Part shown: one piece after another, positions 1 to 8,634 of the stretch | How the letters are laid out: each line of letters opens with the position of its first letter | Numbering within the stretch: position 1 is the stretch's first letter | NCBI GenBank assembly: GCA_964493115.1 | Contig: CAZBNF010000003.1 | Location: 1-40,417 of the forward strand | Reading direction: 5' to 3' | Source: an uncultured Planctomycetia bacterium | Lineage (GTDB): Bacteria; Omnitrophota; Gorgyraeia; JABMRG01 | DNA: 40,417 nucleotides | Program-made: the position numbers and the translations under genes | Notes under the pieces: model-generated | The model's database searches: none | What the model was told of the DNA's origin: nothing | Seen by the model: only the letters and a program-made list of their open reading frames with translations

Positions 1-142
1 CGAAATGAACAAAGTGAGTGTAGGGCGCCGATTCCTGCTCGGGGCACCAGTTTTTACAGGAATCGAATAGAGCCCTGTTTTGAAATGCGATGAGTACCTG
101 CCTACCGGCTTTGGTCGCATCATCAGGATAAATTCGGCCTAT

Positions 143-178
143 ACCCCCATGCTTTCTTGCGAAAGCAAGAATGGGGGT
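143..178. repeat. Hairpin repeat, CCCCCATG-core family, copy 1 (core only)
   Basis: The sequence is A CCCCCAT GCTTTC TTGC GAAAGC AAGA ATGGGGG T. The same core recurs at 29821-29854 with a compensatory change in the inner stem (GCTTTC/GAAAGC versus GTTTTC/GAAAAC). Confidence 0.7.
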
Positions 179-188
179 GGCCTCATTT

Positions 189-226
189 AAAAGCCAAATG
201 TGCTGCTTCAGCAAAGGCAAAAGCGG
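189..226 (+). repeat. Half copy (3' arm only) of the ~100-nt structured repeat family
   Basis: AAAAGCCAAATGTGCTGCTTCAGCAAAGGCAAAAGCGG aligns with the right half of the copies at 9766, 17058 and 22659 (AAAAGCCAAATCGCTGCTCTGACAAAGGCATGG). No matching left arm is present upstream. Confidence 0.5.
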
Positions 227-259
227 CTGCTTACGAGTCAGTATGCTTTCTTTTTATAA

Positions 260-289
260 TTGACACTATATATAACTTTATGTTAGTAT
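260..289 (+). promoter_or_regulatory. Candidate sigma70-type promoter for the tRNA operon
   Basis: TTGACA at 260-265 is followed by an 18-nt spacer and TAGTAT at 284-289, with a TG dinucleotide one base upstream (extended -10 like). It lies 50 nt upstream of the first tRNA-like sequence. Identified by pattern match only. Confidence 0.3.
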
Positions 290-338
290 AGAGACCATTT
301 TGGCGAAAAATACCTGTAAAAAGGTTTACAATTTTTAT

Positions 339-361
339 GCCCGCATAGCTCAGTTGATAGA
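339..361 (+). pseudogene. Truncated tRNA 5' fragment (acceptor 5' strand + D-arm)
   Basis: GCCCGCA TA GCTC AGTTGATAGA matches the first 23 nt of the intact tRNA-Lys at 1078 (GCCCCTA TA GCTC AGCTGGTAGA) at 19/23 positions, then diverges. No anticodon arm, T-arm or 3' acceptor strand follows. Confidence 0.55.
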
Positions 362-387
362 ATAATGGTAAAAAATATTATATATCG

Positions 388-1173
388 ATGAAAAAACAAT
401 GGGAAACCAAAGAAGAGGTAAGGAGTTTAAGGAAGCAAGGCTTAAGTTATAAGGAAATAAGGGTCAAGATCCCTATAGCAAAGAGCACTGCAAGTGACTG
501 GTGCAAGGATATTCAGTTAACTGAAGAACAAATTACAAGGCTCCAACAGTTGAAAAAGACGGGCAGCTATCGCGCAGGCCTTATAGGTTCAAAGGTTAAT
601 CAGGAAAAAAGGGCTAAAGAGATACGCCTGATTAAGCAAATTGCAAAATCTCAAGTGCCATTGTTGATAAATGAAAAATTATGGCTTGCCGGACTAATGC
701 TTTATTGGGCTGAGGGACATAAGTCAGGAAAAGTCGGTATTTCCAATTCCGATCCAGATATTATTGGGTTTTTATTGAAATGGCTTAGGGTATATTGCAA
801 AGCAGCTGACGAAAAAATGAAGCCCTATTTAAATTTGCATTCAGGGCAAAATGAGGATAAGGTTAAAGAATATTGGTCTAGGATTATAAAACTACCCAAA
901 AAACAATTTGGGAAAAGTTATATAAAGAAAGAAGGGACAGGGCATAGAAAAAATATTTTATACAATGGAACGCTGCGCGTAGATATATGCAACTTAAATC
1001 TTTTGTATACTATATTAGGTTGGATAGAGGGTGTAACAGACCTTTTTTATAGTAATGAGTTGTTATTATCAGATAGTGCCCCTATAGCTCAGCTGGTAGA
1101 GCACCTGCCTCTTAAGCAGGTTGTCCCAGGTTCGAGCCCTGGTGGGGGTACCAAGGTTTATTCGTTCTTTTAG
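388..1173 (+). CDS. HTH + LAGLIDADG-type homing endonuclease-like protein; 3' end of the ORF reads through tRNA-Lys
   Basis: The N-terminus resembles a resolvase-type HTH (LRKQGLSYKEIRVKIPIAKSTASDWCKDI). A single LAGLIDADG-like motif, LWLAGLMLYWAEGHKSGK, is followed by about 115 aa, typical of one endonuclease domain. There is no in-frame stop until TAG at 1171-1173, so the last ~31 codons are encoded by the tRNA gene. No obvious SD precedes the ATG. Confidence 0.6.
   Translation: MKKQWETKEEVRSLRKQGLSYKEIRVKIPIAKSTASDWCKDIQLTEEQITRLQQLKKTGSYRAGLIGSKVNQEKRAKEIRLIKQIAKSQVPLLINEKLWLAGLMLYWAEGHKSGKVGISNSDPDIIGFLLKWLRVYCKAADEKMKPYLNLHSGQNEDKVKEYWSRIIKLPKKQFGKSYIKKEGTGHRKNILYNGTLRVDICNLNLLYTILGWIEGVTDLFYSNELLLSDSAPIAQLVEHLPLKQVVPGSSPGGGTKVYSFF
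1078..1153 (+). tRNA. tRNA-Lys (anticodon CTT), CCA encoded
   Basis: Manual cloverleaf: GCCCCTA TA GCTC AGCTGGTA GAGC A CCTGC CTCTTAA GCAGG TTGTC CCAGG TTCGAGC CCTGG TGGGGGT A CCA. The acceptor stem has G1-U72 and U6-G67 wobble pairs. Confidence 0.88.
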
Positions 1174-1178
1174 AATAA

Positions 1179-1189
1179 GCGGATGTGGC
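1179..1189 (+). pseudogene. Short tRNA-Leu-like 5' remnant (acceptor strand only)
   Basis: GCGGATGTGGC is identical to the start of the longer remnant at 1257 and close to the intact tRNA-Leu (GCGGATGGTGG). It is followed by unrelated sequence containing an 8-bp stem, CCAAATTT...AAATTTGG. Confidence 0.3.
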
Positions 1190-1256
1190 ACCCGAACCAA
1201 ATTTATAGGCAGGTCTTGTGTAAGCAAAATTTGGTACGGGGCTGTTAGTAGTTTAT

Positions 1257-1280
1257 GCGGATGTGGCGGAACTGGCAGAC
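1257..1280 (+). pseudogene. tRNA-Leu-like 5' remnant (acceptor strand + D-arm), truncated by GC-rich palindromes
   Basis: GCGGATGTGGCGGAACTGGCAGAC resembles the intact gene (GCGGATGGTGGAACTGGCAGAC). It breaks at the end of the D-arm, and no anticodon arm or T-arm follows. Confidence 0.6.
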
Positions 1281-1319
1281 CTGCCTGCCGGCAGGCAGGC
1301 CTGCCTGCCGGCAGGCAGG
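1280..1319. repeat. Tandem duplication of a perfect 20-bp GC-rich palindrome
   Basis: CCTGCCTGCCGGCAGGCAGG occurs twice head to tail, and each unit is its own reverse complement. It is about 75% GC in an AT-rich context. A degenerate half site, CCTGCCTACCGG, lies at 97-108. Confidence 0.9.
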
Positions 1320-1348
1320 CGCGCTCGCTAGTAATATGTTTTATAAAA

Positions 1349-1433
1349 GGGCGGATGGTGGAACTGGCAGACACGTTAGCCTTAGGAGCTAATGGAGAAA
1401 TCCGTGGAGGTTCAAGTCCTCTTCCGCCCACCA
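1349..1433 (+). tRNA. tRNA-Leu (anticodon TAG), long variable arm, CCA encoded
   Basis: Manual fold: GGGCGGA TG GTG GAACTGGCAGA CAC G TTAGC CTTAGGA GCTAA TGGAGAAATCCGT GGAGG TTCAAGT CCTCT TCCGCCC A CCA. Confidence 0.88.
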
Positions 1434-1451
1434 TTGATATTATAAAAGGAT

Positions 1452-1527
<76 letters not shown>

Positions 1528-1590
1528 TAGTTCTTAACTTTATAATATATGATTTCAAATAGATTGTTTAAAGAGGAGACACAGGACAGT

Positions 1591-2052
1591 ATGAAAGTAT
1601 TCGATTTTTTAGATAAGGACGCTATTAAGGCAGATATGAAATCAACTAAAAAAGAAGATGTTATAAAAGAATTAGTAGGATTATTGTCTTCAACCCGTTC
1701 CATAAAAGACAAGGCGTCTTTAGTCCAAACCCTAATGAACCGTGAATCCTTAGGTTCTACAGGTATAGGCCAGGGCATAGGTATCCCACATGCAAAATCT
1801 AATTGCGTAAAAGAACTTGTTGGAGTATTGGGTGTTTCAAAAAATGGGGTTGACTTTGATTCCTTGGATGGCGAACCAACCTATATATTTATGCTCTTAG
1901 TTGCCCCGGAAGACGCCGCGGGGCCCCACCTTAAAGCTTTAGCCAGGATATCTCGTATGCTTAAAGATAAATTTGTAAGAGATGCTCTTATAGCAGCGAA
2001 GGATGAAAAAGCCATACTCAATATCATAGCTCAGGAAGACGGGAAGTCTTGA
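1591..2052 (+). CDS. ptsN: PTS EIIA-Ntr-type regulatory protein (PtsN-like)
   Basis: EIIA(fructose/Ntr) signature GIGIPHAKS with the phosphorylatable His, plus LLVAPEDAAGPHLKALARISRML. The start is moved to ATG 1591 because AAGAGGAG lies upstream. The ORF track begins at 1549. Confidence 0.8.
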   Translation: MKVFDFLDKDAIKADMKSTKKEDVIKELVGLLSSTRSIKDKASLVQTLMNRESLGSTGIGQGIGIPHAKSNCVKELVGVLGVSKNGVDFDSLDGEPTYIFMLLVAPEDAAGPHLKALARISRMLKDKFVRDALIAAKDEKAILNIIAQEDGKS

Positions 2053-3356
2053 TAGTGGGCAAAAAAACGAAATTCAAAAAGAAATTATTCCAGTTCTTAA
2101 AACCCTTTAAGTGGTTTTATCCCGGCATGGGGGTAAAACGCTGGCTGTTCCTTTCATTTATAGGAGTTATTTTTATAGTAGCGGGCGGGCAGTTTCTTTC
2201 GGGCCCAACAGCCCTTTTTAGAGTAGTTGGTATCGCATATATGTTCATTGGTATAGTCGTTATAGCTCTTGGGATAAAACGGGTTATGTTTACCTTTCTG
2301 GGAGTTATATTACCTGATAGGCAGGAAGAGCTTGTAGATCTTTTGTATCAGAAAAAACATCTTGAGCGAGGGCTGAAGATAGTTGCAATAGGGGGAGGCA
2401 CAGGATTGTCCGCACTCCTACAGGGTTTAAAACAGTATTCAAGCAACCTTACGGCTATTGTTACTGTGGCTGATGATGGAGGATCATCAGGCAAACTTAG
2501 AGAAGATTTTAATATTCTGCCGCCAGGCGATATTAGAAACTGTCTTGTAGCCCTTGCCGATACCAGCCCATTAATGGAGGAACTTTTTCAGTATCGGTTT
2601 GAGGGTGAATCAACATTAGGGGGCCATAGTTTTGGCAATATATTTATATTGGCTCTTTCAAGGGTAACAAAAGGTTTCGAAGAAGCGGTCCAGGCAGCAA
2701 GCAAGATACTCGCGATAAGGGGGTGTGTTCTTCCTTCTACTTTAACCAAGGTAAGATTAGTGGCTGATTTAGAAGATGGTTCTACGACATCAGGCGAATC
2801 AAATATAACAAAAAGAAAAAATAAGAGCCCAATTAAAAGGCTATATCTTGAGCCCGCAGATTGCCAGCCTACAACAAGCGCAGTGGCGGCAATAGCTAAT
2901 GCCGATGCTATTGTATTAGGCCCAGGAAGTCTCTATACCAGCATAATGCCCAATCTTTTGATAGATTCTATAGCAGAAGCGATAAACAGCTCGCCTGCTA
3001 TCAAGCTGTATGTGTGTAATGTTATGACTCAGCCAGGAGAGACAAACGGTTATAAATCAAGTGATCATATAAAGGTTTTATACGCCAATACAAAATTAAA
3101 ACGCATAGATTATGCGGTTATAAATAATTCCAATATACCAAAGCCTCTTGAACAACGGTACATGTCAGAAAGCGCGTATCAGGTAGAAGCTGATTTAGAC
3201 CAGATCAAGAAAATAGGCGTAATTCCTATAGAAGGTAGTTTTATAACTGTAAATGAGATAGAAAATAAAGAATATTTAAGGCATAATCCCAGAAGGCTCG
3301 CGAAGTCAATTATAGATATTATATCTATAGCAAAATCAGAAGCAGCGCATCGATAG
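2049..3356 (+). CDS. yvcK: YvcK/CofD-family gluconeogenesis-factor-like protein with an N-terminal membrane anchor
   Basis: IVAIGGGTGLSALLQGLKQYSSNLTAIVTVADDGGSSGKLREDFNILPPGDIRNCLVALAD is the UPF0052/YvcK core. The first ~100 aa contain two hydrophobic helices. The TTG start overlaps the ptsN stop, so the exact start is uncertain. Confidence 0.8.
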   Translation: MIVGKKTKFKKKLFQFLKPFKWFYPGMGVKRWLFLSFIGVIFIVAGGQFLSGPTALFRVVGIAYMFIGIVVIALGIKRVMFTFLGVILPDRQEELVDLLYQKKHLERGLKIVAIGGGTGLSALLQGLKQYSSNLTAIVTVADDGGSSGKLREDFNILPPGDIRNCLVALADTSPLMEELFQYRFEGESTLGGHSFGNIFILALSRVTKGFEEAVQAASKILAIRGCVLPSTLTKVRLVADLEDGSTTSGESNITKRKNKSPIKRLYLEPADCQPTTSAVAAIANADAIVLGPGSLYTSIMPNLLIDSIAEAINSSPAIKLYVCNVMTQPGETNGYKSSDHIKVLYANTKLKRIDYAVINNSNIPKPLEQRYMSESAYQVEADLDQIKKIGVIPIEGSFITVNEIENKEYLRHNPRRLAKSIIDIISIAKSEAAHR

Positions 3357-3385
3357 CTCATGCAGAACTTAATCAACGCAAAAAA

Positions 3386-3676
3386 ATGACACACAAGACG
3401 ATAAAAAAAGATGTAGTAATAAGAAGTAGGCAGGGTTTGCACGCCAGGCCCGCCGCGCTTTTTGTGCAGATTGCCAATAAGTTTGACAGTGATATATCCA
3501 TCATAAAAGATGGTGAAGAGGTGAATGGCAAGTCTATAATGGGCATACTTATGCTGGCGGCTGAACAAGGTACTAAAATATGTTTAAAGGCAACAGGGTC
3601 AGATGCTGAAGATGCTATCGCCCAACTCGAAAAGATATTAATCGAAGATAGGGATGATTTATCTAATTTGAAATAA
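3386..3676 (+). CDS. ptsH: Phosphocarrier protein HPr/NPr
   Basis: [11 protein letters not shown] contains the active-site His, [13 protein letters not shown] matches the Ser46-region motif, and the length is 96 aa. Confidence 0.9.
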   Translation: MTHKTIKKDVVIRSRQGLHARPAALFVQIANKFDSDISIIKDGEEVNGKSIMGILMLAAEQGTKICLKATGSDAEDAIAQLEKILIEDRDDLSNLK

Positions 3677-3705
3677 GCTTGAGGCGCAAAAGAAAGGCAT
3701 GTAAG

Positions 3706-5442
3706 ATGTTTAAGGGAATTTCCGCATCACCGGGTGTAGCTATAGGTAAAGCGTTTCTTTATAATAGTGAAGATATCAGGGTCCCAAAGATAAAACTTAA
3801 GCTTTCCGAAATACCCCATGAGATAGCCCGTTTTGAAGAGGCACTTATAAAAACTCGTTCTGAGCTTATAACCATACGTAACAATATTTCCTCAGAGATG
3901 GGCACAAAGCACGGGGAGATATTCAATGCCCATCTTCTTGTGCTTGAAGACAGTATGATAATAGATGAGGTGGTTAGCCGCCTGAGAAAGCAGAAATATA
4001 ATGTTGAATATGTGTTTGAGGATGTTCTAAAAAAATATGTAACAGCATTCCAAAAGATGGATGATGAATATTTAAGAGAACGTATAACCGACATAGAAGA
4101 TGTCGGAAAAAGGCTCTTAAGAAATCTTCTTGGAAAGAAAAAGCAAACACTGCTCGATATACCGCCTGAGTCCATAGTAGTTGCTTATGACCTAGCTCCA
4201 AGTGATACAGCCACAATGCACAGAAAGCACATACTAGGGTTTGTAACAGACATAGGGGGTAAGACATCCCACACTGTTATTATGGCTAAATCGCTTGAGA
4301 TCCCTGCTGTTGTAGGCCTTGAAAACATCACAGCAAATGTCAAGAGCGGCGATATCCTTATTATAGACGGTACAACAGGCAATGTTTATTTAAATCCAGA
4401 CAGAGCCACTATAGCCCAATATTTAAAGGAACAGAAAAAACTTTTAAAATTTGATAAAGACCTGCAGGAGATCAAATTTTTACCTGCCGAGACAAAAGAT
4501 GGCCACAGGGTTGAGCTGGGCGCTAATATAGAACTTCCGGATGAAATACCCGGTGTCCTTTCGCATGGTGCTGAAGGCATAGGTCTTTATAGGACAGAAT
4601 ATTTTTATATGAATCGTGTGGGCCTGCCAACAGAGGAAGAGCATTACCAGGCTTATAAGTCTGTGGTTGAGAATATAAAACCCAATGCGTTGACAATCAG
4701 AAGCCTTGATTTAGGCGGGGATAAGTTTCTTTCGCAGCTTGATGTACCAAAGGAGATGAACCCTTTCCTGGGCTGGCGCGCTATACGCTTAAGCCTTGCA
4801 AACCCTGAAATTTTTAAGACACAGCTTAGAGCTATATTGCGTGCGTCCGCGCATGGTAAGGTAAGGTTGATGTATCCTATGATATCAGGCGTAGAAGAAC
4901 TTGAAGCGGCTAATAAATGCTTGGAAGAAGCCAGGCAGGAGCTGAAGGCAAGAAAGATTCCTTTTGGCCGAAATATGGAAGTAGGCGTAATGATAGAGGT
5001 GCCGTCAGCGGCCCTTATTGCTGATATACTTGCAAGCAGAGTGGATTTTTTCAGCATAGGGACAAATGACCTTATACAATATGCTCTGGCAGTAGACAGG
5101 GTAAATGAAAAGATCGCTTATCTTTATGAACCCGCGCACCCTGCGGTGCTGCGTCTTTTAAAGAACGTAATAGATGCCGGGCACGCTAAGGGCATTTGGG
5201 TTGGAATGTGCGGTGAAATGGCTGGCGAACCAAAGTTTGCACCATTATTATTAGGCTTAGGTCTGGACGAATTCAGTGTTCCTGCCCCTTATCTTTTAAG
5301 AATAAAAAAAATCATACGTTCCGTAAGCTATGAAGATGCCAAAGACATGGTTCAACAGGCGCTTGGGCTTGCAACAGGCAAGGAAGTAGAAGCGCTGGTA
5401 TCAAAACGATTTAAAGATATAGTCTATGAGGTTATTGAGTGA
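3706..5442 (+). CDS. ptsI: Phosphoenolpyruvate-protein phosphotransferase (PTS Enzyme I)
   Basis: The N-terminus is [37 protein letters not shown] carries the catalytic His, and the C-terminal PEP-utilising TIM-barrel motifs [11 protein letters not shown] and [12 protein letters not shown] are present. The start is trimmed from 3679 to ATG 3706. Confidence 0.92.
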   Translation: MFKGISASPGVAIGKAFLYNSEDIRVPKIKLKLSEIPHEIARFEEALIKTRSELITIRNNISSEMGTKHGEIFNAHLLVLEDSMIIDEVVSRLRKQKYNVEYVFEDVLKKYVTAFQKMDDEYLRERITDIEDVGKRLLRNLLGKKKQTLLDIPPESIVVAYDLAPSDTATMHRKHILGFVTDIGGKTSHTVIMAKSLEIPAVVGLENITANVKSGDILIIDGTTGNVYLNPDRATIAQYLKEQKKLLKFDKDLQEIKFLPAETKDGHRVELGANIELPDEIPGVLSHGAEGIGLYRTEYFYMNRVGLPTEEEHYQAYKSVVENIKPNALTIRSLDLGGDKFLSQLDVPKEMNPFLGWRAIRLSLANPEIFKTQLRAILRASAHGKVRLMYPMISGVEELEAANKCLEEARQELKARKIPFGRNMEVGVMIEVPSAALIADILASRVDFFSIGTNDLIQYALAVDRVNEKIAYLYEPAHPAVLRLLKNVIDAGHAKGIWVGMCGEMAGEPKFAPLLLGLGLDEFSVPAPYLLRIKKIIRSVSYEDAKDMVQQALGLATGKEVEALVSKRFKDIVYEVIE

Positions 5443-6176
5443 TGAAGGCGATAATATTAGCGGCGGGATATGCTACAAGGCTTTGGCCTCTTACGCTTGA
5501 TAGGCCTAAACCGCTTTTACATATAGGTAAAAGGCCGATGATAGAGCATATCATAAAGAGGTTAAACAAAATAAATGGTTTAACCCAAATACATGTTGTC
5601 TCTAATACAAAATTTGTCGACGCGTTTGTTCAGTGGGAAAGCCAGTATAAGGGCCCTAAAAAAATATTTATAACAGATGACGGCATGAAGTCGCTGGATG
5701 AGAGAAGGGGTTCTATAGGCGATATTCTTTTCGCAATAGAGAAAAGAAAGATAAATACCGATACCATTGTTGTAGCAGGGGATAATATATTTGATTTTGA
5801 TTTAAATGGTTTCATAAAAAATGCTAGCGCAAATTCACAAAGCGCATCAATAGGCCTTTTTGATATAAAAGACAGGAAGCTTGCAAAAGAATATGGCATA
5901 GTAGCTATTAATAAAGATCTGACTATAGCCTCTTTTGAAGAAAAGCCATCAAAGCCAAAATCTACACTTGCCGCCATGTGCCTTTACTATTTTCCGAAAG
6001 ATAAAATCAGGTTGCTCAGAAAGTATAAGGCAGATGGAAACCCTTTGGATTTAGCAGGGTCTTTTATAAAATGGCTTTCATCGAGGGAGAGCGTTTATGG
6101 GCATGTGTTTAAGGGTAAGTGGCTTGATATCGGGGATAAGAAGTCTTTGAAAAAGGCGCAAACGATGAAGTGGTAA
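5439..6176 (+). CDS. Sugar-phosphate nucleotidyltransferase family protein
   Basis: The N-terminal motif [22 protein letters not shown] is the NTP_transferase G-rich loop. The sugar specificity is not determinable. Confidence 0.7.
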   Translation: MMKAIILAAGYATRLWPLTLDRPKPLLHIGKRPMIEHIIKRLNKINGLTQIHVVSNTKFVDAFVQWESQYKGPKKIFITDDGMKSLDERRGSIGDILFAIEKRKINTDTIVVAGDNIFDFDLNGFIKNASANSQSASIGLFDIKDRKLAKEYGIVAINKDLTIASFEEKPSKPKSTLAAMCLYYFPKDKIRLLRKYKADGNPLDLAGSFIKWLSSRESVYGHVFKGKWLDIGDKKSLKKAQTMKW

Positions 6177-6194
6177 AAAAAAGGAGAAGATAAA

Positions 6195-7340
6195 GTGAAG
6201 AGAGAAAAGCACCTATTTACATCAGAGTCAGTGACAGAAGGACACCCAGATAAGATATGTGATCAGATATCAGACGCTATCCTAGATGCTATATATGATA
6301 ACGACCCTAACGGCAGGGTTGCATGCGAAACAATGGTTACAACAGGCCTGGCAATTGTAGCAGGCGAGATTACAACATCCTGTTATGTCGATATACCCAA
6401 GATTGTGCGCAAGACCATAAAAGGTATAGGTTATACAGATGCTGCCTATGGCTTTGATTATCATACATGCGGAGTTATCACTGCTGTTCAGGGGCAATCT
6501 CCTGACATAGCATTAGGTGTTGATACAGGAGGCGCGGGCGATCAGGGCATGATGTTTGGCTATGCCACAGATGAGACAAAAGAGATGATGCCTTTGCCTA
6601 TAAGTTTGGCGCATAAACTTACCCGAAGGCTTGCTGAGGTACGCAAAAAGGATATTTTAAAGTACTTAAGGCCTGACGGTAAAAGTCAGGTCACCATTGA
6701 ATATGATGAAAAAGGCCCTAAAAGAATAGATACGATAGTAATAAGCGCTCATCATGACCGCAAGACCAAAATGCAGCAGATAAAAAGGGATATTAAAAAA
6801 CTTGTCATAGATTTTGTCGTTCCTAAAAATATGATAGACAAAAATACGCTTATATATATAAATCCAACCGGCAGGTTTGAAGTGGGTGGCCCGCAGGGGG
6901 ATACTGGTGTTACGGGTAGGAAGATAATAGTTGATACCTATGGAGGTGTAGGCAGCCACGGAGGCGGGGCTTTTTCAGGAAAAGACCCAAGCAAGGTGGA
7001 CCGCTCAGCTTCGTATATGGCGCGTTATATGGCAAAGAATATTGTTGCCGCCAAATTAGCGAGAAAATGTGAAATACAAATTGCCTATGCAATAGGCGTT
7101 GCAGAACCTGTGAGCCTTAATGTAAATGCTAATGGCACGGGGAAAATCAGCAATCAAAAGCTGCAGAAGCTTTTGTGGGAAAACTTTGATCTTACCCCGA
7201 GAGGTATTATAGACGGGCTAAGATTAAGAAGGCCGATTTATAAAGAAACAGCGGCCTATGGACACTTTGGCAGGCCTTCTTTTACTTGGGAGGATACGGA
7301 TAAAGCGGTCCTGTTGGCAGAGAAAGCCAAGAGGATTTAA
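6195..7340 (+). CDS. metK: S-adenosylmethionine synthetase
   Basis: Supported by [36 protein letters not shown] and [20 protein letters not shown] start with GGAG upstream. Confidence 0.95.
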   Translation: MKREKHLFTSESVTEGHPDKICDQISDAILDAIYDNDPNGRVACETMVTTGLAIVAGEITTSCYVDIPKIVRKTIKGIGYTDAAYGFDYHTCGVITAVQGQSPDIALGVDTGGAGDQGMMFGYATDETKEMMPLPISLAHKLTRRLAEVRKKDILKYLRPDGKSQVTIEYDEKGPKRIDTIVISAHHDRKTKMQQIKRDIKKLVIDFVVPKNMIDKNTLIYINPTGRFEVGGPQGDTGVTGRKIIVDTYGGVGSHGGGAFSGKDPSKVDRSASYMARYMAKNIVAAKLARKCEIQIAYAIGVAEPVSLNVNANGTGKISNQKLQKLLWENFDLTPRGIIDGLRLRRPIYKETAAYGHFGRPSFTWEDTDKAVLLAEKAKRI

Positions 7341-7377
7341 TTGGGTATATAAAATATTACAAAAAAATGGAGTGAAA

Positions 7378-8634
7378 ATGAAATATGATATAAAGAATTT
7401 AAAACTCGCTAAGCAGGGACTGCTTAAGATAGAATGGGCTGCCAAGGATATGCCAGTTCTGGAGAAGATAAAAAACCGTTTCGTAAAAGAAAAACCTCTC
7501 AAGGGAATAAAGCTTGGCTGCTGCCTGCACGTTACAACAGAGACAGCTAATCTTATGATAGCGCTAAAAGCAGGCGGGGCTAAAGTAACGCTTTGCGCGT
7601 CTAATCCTTTAAGCACACAGGATGATGTGGCGGCATCGCTTGTCAAGGATTTTGATATACCAGTGTTTGCCATAAAAGGTGAAGATGATAAAACCTATTA
7701 TAAGCACTTAAATGCTGTTCTTGATATTCACCCTGATATAACGATGGATGATGGAGCGGATCTTGTGTCCGCTCTTCATAAAGAACGTAAAGAGCTTGCA
7801 AAGGATGTTATGGCAGGCACAGAGGAAACAACAACAGGAGTTATCAGGCTTCGTGCTTTACAAGATAAAGGATTGTTACGTTTTCCTGTTATAGCGGTGA
7901 ATGATGCTCAGACTAAACATCTTTTTGACAATCGTTATGGAACAGGGCAGTCGACCATAGACGGTATACTAAGAGCAACAAACAAACTTTTGGCAGGTTC
8001 TATTTTTGTAGTATGCGGTTATGGTTGGTGTGGTAGAGGAGTCGCCTCGCGAGCTCGTGGAGCGGGCGCAAATGTGATTGTTACGGAGGTAGACTCTTTG
8101 ATGGCCCTTGAGGCTGTCATGGATGGATATAGAGTAATGCCTTCCAAAGATGCAGCTAAGATAGGGGATATATTTGTTACCCTTACAGGCAATACCACGG
8201 TTATTGGCAAAGAACACTTTAAATTAATGAAAGATGGGGCTATCGTGGCAAATTCCGGGCATTTTAATGTGGAGATAGATATTCTGGCATTAAAAAAATC
8301 AGCAAAAAAAATAAGGCATATCAGGGATTCGGTGGAAGAGTTTACGCTTAAAGACGGCAGAAAGATATATCTCCTTGGCCAGGGTAGGCTTATAAACTTA
8401 GCCAGCGCAGAGGGTCATCCTGCCAGTGTTATGGATATGAGTTTTGCTAATCAGGCGCTTTCAGCAGAATATGTTGTAAAGCATTCACATAATCTCTTAA
8501 AACAGGTATATCCCGTGCCGAAGGATATTGATAAAAATATAGCATTTTTAAAACTTAAGTCAATGGGCATAAAGATAGACATCTTAAGCAAGCAGCAGAG
8601 AGAGTACCTTAACAGCTGGGAACTCGGGACATGA
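7378..8634 (+). CDS. ahcY: Adenosylhomocysteinase
   Basis: Supported by [25 protein letters not shown], the NAD-binding motif [12 protein letters not shown], and GHFNVEID. The start is trimmed to ATG 7378; the track ORF from 7258 overlaps the metK 3' end. Confidence 0.93.
   Translation: MKYDIKNLKLAKQGLLKIEWAAKDMPVLEKIKNRFVKEKPLKGIKLGCCLHVTTETANLMIALKAGGAKVTLCASNPLSTQDDVAASLVKDFDIPVFAIKGEDDKTYYKHLNAVLDIHPDITMDDGADLVSALHKERKELAKDVMAGTEETTTGVIRLRALQDKGLLRFPVIAVNDAQTKHLFDNRYGTGQSTIDGILRATNKLLAGSIFVVCGYGWCGRGVASRARGAGANVIVTEVDSLMALEAVMDGYRVMPSKDAAKIGDIFVTLTGNTTVIGKEHFKLMKDGAIVANSGHFNVEIDILALKKSAKKIRHIRDSVEEFTLKDGRKIYLLGQGRLINLASAEGHPASVMDMSFANQALSAEYVVKHSHNLLKQVYPVPKDIDKNIAFLKLKSMGIKIDILSKQQREYLNSWELGT

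Noticed and set aside
1-123. Possible partial minus-strand ORF (MMRPKPVGRYSSHFKTGL...) running off the left edge, and short + strand frames ending at 93 or at 68-70
   Set aside because: The ORF has only ~41 codons, no SD upstream of the ATG at 123, and no recognisable motif. The region also contains stem-forming segments (AGGGC/GCCCT and CGATTCC/GGAATCG) and repeat debris. I cannot tell whether it is coding, a structured RNA or neither, so no feature is called.
144-177. Alternative fold of the CCCCCATG hairpin with a GAAA tetraloop (TTCTTGC GAAA GCAAGAA)
   Set aside because: That fold is possible only in copy 1. In the copy at 29821-29854 two of its pairs are broken (C-A mismatches), whereas the GYTTTC/GAAARC fold with a TTGC loop is preserved by a compensatory change.
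1000-1077. Second LAGLIDADG motif (LLYTILGWIEGV) that would make the endonuclease a truncated double-motif enzyme
   Set aside because: The segment sits where the C-terminal helix of a single LAGLIDADG domain is expected, and only ~45 residues follow, 31 of them encoded by the tRNA. A single-motif, homodimeric enzyme is the simpler reading. This needs a profile alignment to settle.
1187-1202. Sigma-54 promoter-like TGGCAC element (TGGCACCCGAACCAA)
   Set aside because: The downstream half does not match TTGC at the required 5-nt spacing. The TGGC is part of the tRNA-Leu-like remnant GCGGATGTGGC.
1280-1319. CRISPR array
   Set aside because: There are only two directly abutting 20-bp units with no spacers, each a perfect palindrome, and no cas genes anywhere in the window. 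No other regularly spaced direct repeats were seen.
3759-5057. Multiple antisense ORFs inside ptsI. Similar shadow ORFs lie inside metK, ahcY, pilT, the antiporter, gcv genes, nifS, nifU, hldD, trxB-like and others, for example 9815-10579, 12042-13361, 22896-23297 and 38711-39109.
   Set aside because: These are typical shadow ORFs on the opposite strand of confidently identified, motif-rich genes. They have low-complexity Ser/Ile/Leu-rich translations and no independent support.
6177-6194. SAM riboswitch upstream of metK, and T-box or other leaders upstream of ahcY
   Set aside because: The intergenic gaps are only 18 and 37 nt, far too short for a riboswitch aptamer.
7258-7377. N-terminal extensions given by the ORF track for ahcY (7258), and likewise for ptsN (1549), ptsI (3679), fba (17164), radical SAM (21747), nifS (29826), rbr (33501), SOR (34006), HAD (36247) and grx-like (38041)
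   Set aside because: The extensions overlap the upstream gene or a repeat, lack homology to the family N-termini, and have an internal ATG preceded by a better RBS that matches the canonical protein start.
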